A DNA stretch of 64,000 bases from Octopus vulgaris. Taxonomy: Eukaryota. Both the position numbers and the translations under genes were made by a program. The stretch's first letter is position 1; every line of letters begins with the position of its first letter. Below the pieces are notes generated by a model. The model was given only the letters and a program-made list of their open reading frames with translations, was not told the origin of the DNA and searched no databases. Positions 54,534-64,000 of the stretch are shown here, piece after piece. Where the stretch lies: positions 18,104,001 through 18,168,000 of the forward strand of contig OX597826.1 of the NCBI GenBank assembly GCA_951406725.2, in the 5' to 3' direction.

Positions 54534-55781
54534 ACATTGACCAATGCCATGACCAGCTGCTTTCTCACTCATTGTTTTTCCTAAAGTAACATAACATATC
54601 CAACTAACTTAAGAATCACCGATTTCTCTCCTCGAGCTGATATTTGGAACTGTGAAATTTTACCCAATTAGGACAGAGGACAAATTAAATCATACTTAAA
54701 ATTTTGATAATTTTCACATCTTCCTTTGTACTCTTATTTTATTCACTGTCATACAAAGTCAAGCAACATGTAATACTAACAAACAAAAAAATAATAATAA
54801 TTAAAGCTGTTACATTTTCTGTTCTTTTTTTTTTTTTTTTTCCTAATTCATTTTATCTTCAGTGTTTCTGAGATCAGTAGTTCTGAAGCCTTTACAGGTC
54901 AGTATTCTTGAACTTATGGGTCATTCCTTCATGCTTTATCAGTTGTGTCCATGCAATAGATTTTCTTTTACCACACAACACAACAACTCATCATCATGTC
55001 TAAATGTCTATTAATGCTCTTCACTGAAACCATTATTCAGAATGATATATGTGCCAATAACAACACAATAAAATTTAAAATAGCAATAATTCATTTTGTA
55101 GTTATTTTTAAATATAATTGATGAATTTGACTCAATGGATCAACAGCTCTCTAAAGTCCTATAGTCATTAACATCAGTCTTAGATGCTACAATCAAATAT
55201 CGTTTGAGTAACTACTTCATATTTTGATAAAATTTCATTGTGATAGACAAATGAAGCCTGCTATTTTGTATCACAATGCCATAAGGACTTCTAATATACA
55301 CTTGTCAGTCAACACATCTTTAGTTTATTCCATCAACCTATGCTGTTGGTATTATCTAAAAGGATAATTGTTTATACCATACATTAGTGTTTGCCTTCTT
55401 TTACTCGTTAACCATTCAATCATCTTTTGCAGCATTGATAGTTGAGACAAAATAATCATTACTTCTTGCAGAATAGGTACCAAACTGTTCAAAAAGTAAT
55501 AAAGAGCAAAGCTTCCTTTCTAGATTCCTTCTACAATTCTCTGTTTTCTTAACTAAAAACCAACCCAGTGTAATTCTTGAGATGGCATTTAATTTTGGTA
55601 AATATTTCAATAGCACATTTTATATACACAAAATGATAGCAGAATCTAATTTTCTAAAGATTTTACATGAGAGAATAGATGAGTGATACAGGTCTTTTAG
55701 AAGTGAAGTTCCCAAGCAATTCTTTGCAGTTTGATTTATTCTCAGCATCTAAATAGGATGACTTTAGTAATATTAACTTAC

Positions 55782-55907
55782 CAGAACAGGAAAATCCATT
55801 TTCTGCCAAAACATATCTCTCTGGTTCGCACTCACAATGATGAGAGCCAATAGTGTTAATGCAGATTTGTGCACAGTTCCCATTACTGCTAAGGCATTCA
55901 TTGATGT
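55782..55907 (-). CDS. Exon, cbEGF module
   Basis: ttttcttgtttag|AC...TCT G|gtaagt; 126 nt; (D)[41 protein letters not shown]. Confidence 0.95.
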
Positions 55908-55969
55908 CTAAACAAGAAAAAGTACATAAAAATAATTATTTCTAGCATAGGTACAAAATAATTTAATAC

Positions 55970-56180
55970 TGATTTCAGATTCTGGCACAAGGCCAGCAAC
56001 TTTAAGAACGGAGCTAAGTTGATTTCATTGACTCCATTTACTCAACTGGTATTTTACTGACCTTAAAAGGATGACAGACAAAGCTAACTTCAGCAGAATT
56101 TGAACTCAAAATGTAAAAACAGACAAGATGTCACTAAGCATTTTGCCCAGCGTGCTTACGATTCTACCAGCTCACTGCCC
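55970..56180 (-). mobile_element. tRNA-derived SINE, family A
   Basis: 18-bp TSD tacaaaataatt(t/c)aatac at 55952-55969 and 56181-56198. Confidence 0.85.
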
Positions 56181-57709
56181 TACAAAATAATTCAATACAA
56201 ACAACGACAGTAATCAATGCCATCGGACACATATGAAACGTTTTACCCTGTATTGCAACACAAGAGGGCTGTGAAAAACATGACCTGCCAGAAAAAACAT
56301 GACCTGGCAGAGAATACCAGATAGCTGACATTTTAAGGAAGAACTTGGAAAGGAGTTAAGGAGATGACTCAAGGTGGGATGAACTCAATATTGGTGATGA
56401 GAATAGGAGATAGAACTGAGTCAGGAATGCTTGAGTGGTAGTGTGAGGAGAAACCTCTATATGTGTTTGACTGTCACAATATAGCAGCTAGATTATATAT
56501 CTCATACCACATAGCAGCAACAATTCTCACAAAATTTTATACTGAGAATAGTAGTTAATGCAGAGGAGGGGAGGGGATGCAGCAGGGTTGATGTGAGGTG
56601 GAGAGATAAGTGGTTTGGGAATGCCTGAGTGGTGGAAGTACAAAATCAGCAAGCTCCAAGAAACAGAGACTATTATAGAAAAAAAAGACAGAGTAGACAA
56701 CATGTCTGCCAATTAGTCAAGTGGCCCTTCTCAGCAACACTGTTCTTGATCTGGGAGTATTACTTTATTGAAAGACTTGTGTGAGCCTTGTAGAATGGTG
56801 GCATAACTTCATCTTCATCATCATCATCATTGTTTAGCATCCATTTAACATGCTGGAATGGGTTGAGCAGTTTGACAGGAGCTGGCCAACCAGAGAGCTC
56901 TCCAGACCCCAATCTGTTTTGGCATGGTCTCTTTGCTCTCCCTAATGCCAACAACTTTACAGTGTGAATATTTGCTCCTACCACAAAAAAAAAAAAAAGA
57001 AATTCTATTTTTTTATAAAGCAGTTAAATATCATAAAGCTTTTAAATTTGTCCACTTCCTATGGATAATACCATAATAGGACTGAAAGGATGAGGGAAAT
57101 TCAGTTAGGTTAATTGACCTGCTACAGATAGCAGGCAAATCTACTTTAGATTCTACTATTTTATCATCACAATAGAAGAATATAGTGGATAAATTAGTCC
57201 TAAATATAATATAGCAAATCCAGGTAGGGTGGTCATGGTTGGAATAAGACAAAAATGATCAAAGAGCAAAATACCTATGGGACACACCTAATCATTCAGC
57301 TGACTGCATCAACATTGCATAAATATGTTTCACTAGAAAACTCCAAAACCATGGAACAGCAGGGATGACTTTCACCAAAGGCTATTATTTATAGTAGGTC
57401 AAGCAATCCTACAGACTCCCCTTCATTGTCTTAGACCTTTTATGCTGTAATCTATTGACATTAGATAAATTATTGAAAGCTCTACAATAGTCATCCATCT
57501 TCTTTACGAAAAGCTCTGAGACGCAATTTTATTGATGATGGCATCGTTGCAAAATATTTTTTATTGTCAAATTTACATACAAAGTAGTCGTCTTTCATTT
57601 GTTTCCAAGACTGACTATTCCTTATATATCACATGATTCTGTGATCCTGAGAGATATTTAGAAGATGAAGAAGAAGAAGAAGAAGAAGAAGAAGAAGAAG
57701 AAGAAGAAT

Positions 57710-57743
<34 letters not shown>

Positions 57744-57793
57744 GCAACTACAACAACAACAACAGCAACAATGAATAGTAAAGTGCTTATTAC

Positions 57794-57916
57794 CAGTGCA
57801 GTTCTTCTTATTTTCTGTTAGTTGGAATCCTTTGGGACAGGAACAGTGGACAGAGCCAGGAGTATTGTGACATTTGTGTTCACAGGCAAAATAATTGTTC
57901 TCGCATTCATCAATGT
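57794..57916 (-). CDS. Exon (first confident one in window) of a multi-EGF/sushi/ephrin-receptor-like extracellular protein gene: cbEGF module
   Basis: Minus strand ttttctccacag|AC...ACT G|gtaata; 123 nt, phase 1-1; (D)IDECENNYFACEHKCHNTPGSVHCSCPKGFQLTENKKNCT matches the 6-Cys calcium-binding EGF consensus. Not in the ORF track in this frame. Confidence 0.95.
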
Positions 57917-58120
57917 CTGTGGAGAAAATGACAAATGATAAATGGTAAACACTTCAATATTTCCAATAAAGTTACTAACAGACCCATTCCTGAAGAATTT
58001 CTGAAAGATATTTATTCTGAGGGGCAAGTATTGGACAATTTAGCACAGAATGTGGCAAGTGTGATATTTAAATAATCTGAAAAAAGAAAGGGGCAACTGC
58101 ATCGTGTGTGTGTGTGTGTT

Positions 58121-58152
<32 letters not shown>

Positions 58153-58374
58153 CGCACATATGTTTGTGTGTGTGTGGGGTGGGGTGGGGTGAGGCCAGTT
58201 CTTAGTTTGCTAGTTTAGCATTTAAACCAGCCATATTTTAAATGTTTTATGCTCAAATTGACCAGATCCAACCTCTCACACCTACCCTACAAAGTTATTC
58301 GAAAAATAAACAATCACATCGATGAAATCTCAAAGCAGGATTAATTCAAAACAAGGTAAATAAAAAATCATAAT

Positions 58375-58603
58375 GAGGGAGTGCTGAAAATTTCTTGGCT
58401 TTAAGGGTATCGTGAAAGGCCTGGCTGGAGACCCAGCCTTCTGAGTTCTTTTACAGGGCTTGGAGAAACTGACAGACTGCTGCAATAAGGGTTTGAATCT
58501 GAGAGGAGGGGAATATGTTGAATAAGATCATAATTAACTGATCCCACTCCTGTATTTTCTTTTACCCAAAGCCAGGAACTTTTCAGCATCCCCCACCCCC
58601 GTA
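58375..58603. mobile_element. Mariner-derived MITE
   Basis: TIRs gtgctgaaaatttcttggcttt / aaagccaggaacttttcagcat; interior keeps a mariner C-terminal relic (GLEKLTDCCNKGLNLRG..EYVE*). Confidence 0.75.
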
Positions 58604-60104
58604 CATTTCACAGAGTAATCTGAATGCTGAAGATGGAACTGGAGCCATTATTGTCGTGACATCGGAATGGATAGAGACGTTGCATGCTTGTGAATCAATG
58701 GTTGTATTGTGTTGCTGAGTAAGCACTTGTCTGTTGCTAGATAACCTCCAGACAGATTTGTTATGTATTGTACAGCTGTACCGTACTAACAGTACTCAAC
58801 AGCTGAAGTCTGTTTATTCTTTTCTACTGACTACAATATACACCACCACCACAGTAGGGGTATACGCCCAAGCTACAGTCTCAGTTACTCACTTCGTAGC
58901 ATTACAGTCTATCTAATATATATTTCTTTACTACCCACAAGGGGCTAAACATAGAGGGGACAAACAAGGACAGACAAACGGATTAAGCCGATTACACCGA
59001 CCCCAGTGTGAGACTGGTACTTTGTTTATCGACTCCGAAAGGATAAAAGGCAAAGTCGACCTCGGCAGACATAAAGAGACGTTTTACGTTTATATATTTC
59101 CATTGCTTACAAATGATTTGGTTCTTCAAGACTGTCAATGTTTTCCAAGAATAGCAACTAGTTGATGGCTATCAGGAAAACATGTGTAGGTAGATAATTC
59201 CAGATGGTTGACATTCTAGGGAGGAGGTAATGAGGTGTTTCAAGGTGAGATGAGAGTAGGAGAGACAGATAAGTCAGGAGTACCTGAGTGGTGGTATGAG
59301 ACCAGTCAGCTTTGGGGAAAGGTCACAATGTCACTGTGGTTGTCTGACCTTCTCAGTAGAGCAGCTAATTTATTTCTGCATCACAATCTTTGAACAACAA
59401 CAGCATTAGTTACAGGTTTCTGTTGGGTCATTTACAGGTTCACTGCATTTCTGATGGGGAAAATGACAAGGGCCCGTCACTAGTTTTTCCATTTTTCATC
59501 ACTATACATCAGCAAAATGCATACACACCCACACAAGCGCACACATACAGGTATGTGTTTATTCTATGCATGTGCATATAACGTCAACATCTTCATCCTA
59601 ATGCAATATCCGTCTTCCATGCTAGCAAGTGTTGGGTGGTTTGACAGGAAGACTGCATGAAGCTCTAACGTCAGTGTTGTCATAATGGCAACAGCTGGCT
59701 GCCCTTCCGAATGCCAACTGTTTAACAGAATTTGATGACACTAACAATAGTGAGGTTGCCAAGTAACTTGCAAGACAAAGAAAAAGTCACTTGAAGTGAG
59801 TGGGGTTGTAGCAGAGAGGGGGGTGAGGGGTTATGCCGGATGTTGAGAAACTAAAGTATGATAGAGTAACAGGTATGGGTGTCTTGCTGTAGAAGATATA
59901 CATGGTTACTTCACATTATTCAAGGGTGAGTGGGAGTAACTGGAAAGATGAAAATAGAAGTGACAAGGTATCAGAGCAAACTGATGGCACTGGAAGGTGA
60001 GTATAAGAGAATGGGTAGGAGGGTAGGTTTATAAGAGTGTCAGAAGGGAGTGATATGCATTTAGTGATGGAAGTAGAGATGAATGTGGTGATGATGAACA
60101 ATGG

Positions 60105-60396
60105 TGAACCCCAATTTCTGGCCTCCTAATTCCCCCAATTGTAATCCCATTTGCGGGACATGGTTGAGAAAGACACCAACTACGACACCAAAGCTGAGTT
60201 GGTGGCCAAGATCAAGGAGGATTTTGAAGATCTCTCTAGTGACACAGTGAGCAATGCATGCTCCAGGTTTCAGAACCCTCTCTCAGCCATAATCGGGCCT
60301 GATATATTTTGATCTTTTAAATACTTGCATTTTTGGATGGGATATTGTTTCCTTTTCTTTTTATGCAAACTGTCAAATTTAGCCCAAGCACCTTGT
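60105..60396 (+). mobile_element. 3' fragment of maT-like mariner element
   Basis: PNFWPPNSPNCNP...VEKDTN..DTKAELVAKIKEDFEDL...NACSRF, ending in gcaccttgta. Confidence 0.65.
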
Positions 60397-61149
60397 ACGT
60401 GTGTGTGTGTGTGTATGTATAAAGTGATAGCTTGTTGCCAACTTATTGTGGCAGTCCTAGGAAAAGGAAGAATGTTTTATATATATATATAAGGCAAGCT
60501 TCTGCACAGTTCCTGTGTTATTACTCAATCTGAGATTATGGTTAGGAGAAGTTTGCATGAGGTGCAATGCAGTTGGATTGAACCCCAAAACATAAGATTA
60601 TGATGCAAATACCTTTGCTCCATCTTCATGCCTGTGTCCATACAGCTTACTCACAATAAAATGCTGTCTTTAAAACTATGATTTGCACATTTTTAAGTCC
60701 TGAATTCTTGAAGAAGATGTCCCAAATTAGAGAGAAGTTGATGACCACAATTATAATGGTGACTGATTATTAAAGTTCAAACCAGAACTGAGATCCTATG
60801 GACATCTTGTATCAGGACATTAGGAGTTTTGAACTCAAGTGTTTGTCCTTTCGTATTTTATCAGTTATCGCCATGATATAGATTTTCTTTTCAATTAGCA
60901 GAAATTCAGTGTAATAACAAGAACTGATGAGCAATCTTAATTACTCACCACACCACCACAATTCACATCAATCTAGTGAACCCAGCCTATAGCTAGTGAA
61001 TATCTTACCTGTTGTTGTCAACAAAGATTTTAAGCACAATTTCAACTAAGAAAAGGAATGTAAAACATTCCTACTCTTTCATCAACAGCATAGACAACTA
61101 AGGGTGATGGGTAAAAAATGGTTTTAGTGCAGTTGTTGTGATGAAGTTG

Positions 61150-61206
<57 letters not shown>

Positions 61207-61559
61207 ATAGTAGTAGTTGCAGCAGCAGCAGTGGGGGTGGTGGTCAAACTCGTGTTTTCTAATAAAATATTTTTCCAAATTTTTCACAAGAATTACTTTT
61301 GCTAGTTGTTACAGCAACAACTGCAATAGTAGTAGTAGTAGTAGTAGTAGTAATAGTAGTAGTGGTAGTTGTTGTTAAACTGTCATGTTTTCTTATAAAA
61401 GTGATAAATTAAATGGGAAAGTTGTCATTGAGTAATAATTGTCTGATTAATTATAGCAATTAACTTATTAAGGGAATTGACAATTATGGATTTGCAGTTT
61501 TTTCGTTTTTTATTTTATGAGAGGTGGGGTTGAAAATTTGTTTTTAAATACCTAACACA

Positions 61560-61702
61560 ACATCATGATCATCATGATAATCATCATCATCGAGTTGTTA
61601 TCAATGTCATTTACATCATAATCAGGGTTTTCATCAACATTACAATTATCATCACTCTCATTGTCATCATTGTCACTACTGGTGCAAATATTCAATCATC
61701 AT

Positions 61703-61780
<78 letters not shown>

Positions 61781-62330
61781 ACATCATCGTCATCATCATC
61801 ACTACTCTTGAAATTTCAGTTATTTTAGAAGGTCATGCTGATGATGATGATGACAATCATCTTCATTATTAACACTTCCATCATCATCATCGTTTTCATT
61901 GTTGTTGTTATTGCTGATATTGTGATCATTCGATTTATCATCTTCATGATTATTACTTTCATCCTTCTTATCATCCCAGCTACCAACAATAACAACATCA
62001 CCACCACCACCACCACCACCACCACCTTCGTTTTTTTATCGTTATCACTGATGTTGTTGTCATCTTCATTGTGATCACTGTCATCATCATTGGCATTGTT
62101 GTTGTTGTCATTGTTATCACCATCATCATCATCATTGTTGGCAGCATCAACATCAGTATCATCATCATCCTCTTCTTCTTCACCATTATCAACCTCATCC
62201 CCGTTTTCTTCATCCTCACCAGCATCACCACTATCATCGTTTTCATCATCACTAACATTATCACCATCATCATCATCATCACCATCACCATCATTATCAT
62301 CACCATCTTCATCATCATCATCATGCTACT
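61560..62330. repeat. Long degenerate (CAT)n/(CAC)n low-complexity tract
   Basis: Trinucleotide-derived tract that produces spurious poly-I/S/M ORFs. Confidence 0.85.
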
Positions 62331-63405
62331 ATGTTGATACTGGTGAAATACATACACATTTTTCATCTCTTTCCAAAAAACTTTATCATATTTTTATCTT
62401 TCTTACTCACTGCATCTTTAATTTTAATGAAAATTTTTATATATTTTTTGGTTTCCTATTGAAAGAAAAACGTTTTTTTTGTATTTTTAATGAAATAAAT
62501 TACTTTTGATGTTGAGCAAAATCTGAACAAAAATTAGAACCATTGTCAGCACTGCTACTGCCACCACTACAACTACTACTACTGCCACCACCACCACTAC
62601 CACTGCTATTAATACCATATTTACTACCACCACCCCTACTATTACCCCTTTACTACTCCTGTTACCACCACACCCTCAACACTTTAACCAGCCCCACAGC
62701 TTTCACCACTCCTTCTCTACCCTGCACTGCCACCCTGCCCTCATCACCACCACTATGACCAATACCACTATTCTGATACCACCATATTCCAACAACTTCT
62801 TAAAACAGCCATATCTGGAGGTCTGATCAAAATACCTTATTTCAAATGTGATTTGGCCTGAATTCTCCACCCTCTCTTCTTTTTCCCCAACCCCACCAGC
62901 TTTCCTTCACAAATTATATTTCAAATATCTAATCAAATTATCTTTGTAACCCTCTCCAACCAACTTCCACCCCACCCCCACCTCATGTACCCTTTACTAT
63001 TTAAGTATACAGTCCCTTCATTGGGTCATGTGACACATTGCCTTAGAGATTTGAAGGAGACATTTTGTGAATGTTTGCTAGACGCACAAATAGTGCTGCT
63101 TTCCCCTCGAGATGCAACCAGCAACAGCATATCCGGAACGAGGGTCACAGGAACCAGCAAAACTCAACAGCTGCACCCTCACATGTGCACTCTACCCAAG
63201 CTGCTTCTGCCCAGAAAAGTTTACTCCCTAAAACAATCCACGTCTGTTGTGTTTGATGTCCCAATGAAGAAAGGGGTTGTTCAAAGACCCAGCTTCTTGA
63301 TGTGACATCACTTCCCCTTGCTTCCAGTCCCCTCATCACTCTTCCCTCATCCCCTTCCTGATCAGGTAGGAACAGACTGGACAGCGAGTATGCCCATAAC
63401 ACTCT

Positions 63406-63613
63406 TTTCTACTCTAGACACAAGGCCTGAATTTGGGGGGGGGGGCATTTGATTAGATTGACCCCAGTATGCAACTGGTGCTTAATTTATTGACCCTGAA
63501 AGGATGAAAGGCAAAGACGACCTTGACGGAATTTGAACTCAGAACGTGAAGACAGACGAAATACCGCTAAGCATTTTGTCTGGCTTGCTAGCGTTTCTGC
63601 CAGCTCACCACCT
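63406..63613 (-). mobile_element. tRNA-derived SINE, family A
   Basis: 17-bp TSD tatgccca(ta/ac)acactct at 63389-63405 and 63614-63630. Confidence 0.85.
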
Positions 63614-63642
63614 TATGCCCAACACACTCTAATACAGCACTA

Positions 63643-64000
63643 TATGAGGTGGTATCAAAAAGTTCTGGGACTAGTTCTGTAGCACACCAACAGATGGCAG
63701 CACATGGTTGTGGGCACAGTGAGAGCTAGCAGTGACCTTCATGAGACAGTGTGCCAAGTGACATTGCAGTGTTTACTTTGCAAGTTGTGAAATTTAGGTT
63801 TTTGTGATGTGTATGCTGTAGTTTGTAATTTCTGTCATAGACTGGAAGTTGCAACAAAGAGGCATCTTGAAATTTTGCGTTAAACTTGGGAAGTCTGCTA
63901 CAGAGACATTCTGCATGCTTTGGCAAGCTTACAGGGACAAGGCAATGGGTTGCACCCAATGTTTCGGATGGCACAAGCACTTCAAAAGTGGAAGAACATC
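63643..64000 (+). mobile_element. 5' end of mariner element (TIR plus N-terminal HTH), runs off window
   Basis: TA-tgaggtggtatcaaaaagttc TIR-like start; from 63837 (I)DWKLQQRGILKFCVKLGKSATETFCMLWQAYRDKAMGCTQCFGWHKHFKSGRT is a mariner HTH domain. Confidence 0.85.

Noticed and set aside
58175-58195. G-quadruplex-like ggggtggggtggggtgagg
   Set aside because: Only three full G-tracts, at the end of a (TG)n microsatellite.
61825-62509. Hydrophobic poly-I/M/S ORFs resembling signal peptides or membrane proteins
   Set aside because: Derived from (CAT)n low-complexity DNA; no splice or codon evidence.

Overview
AT-rich, microsatellite- and SINE-dense animal genomic DNA; the repeat landscape looks like an octopus/coleoid cephalopod genome (inference). 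The whole window lies inside one large minus-strand gene whose ends are outside the window. I read 12 coding exons (1517 nt, about 505 aa), all with AG/GT sites (the last is cut by the window edge before its donor) and all phase 1-1. In transcription order they encode 6 calcium-binding EGF modules, 1 ephrin-receptor-like (GCC2/GCC3) Cys-rich module, 2 cbEGF, 1 sushi/CCP and 2 cbEGF. Seven exons are absent from the supplied ORF track, and most track ORFs are microsatellite artefacts. Introns hold decayed TEs: tRNA-derived SINEs with TSDs, RTE, CR1, L2-like, two restriction-endonuclease-type LINEs, a Penelope-like element, Tc1/mariner relics (DD34D-like, DD37D-like, DD41D), hAT-type MITEs and a Merlin transposase relic nested in a LINE. 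The main unexplained structural signal is a type I hammerhead ribozyme with a complete catalytic core, a very long stem II and a palindromic stem III at 29893-30003 (+). A second, degenerate hammerhead sits inside an inverted-repeat element at about 11.65-11.75 kb, and a 140-bp foldback lies at 44.7-45.1 kb.
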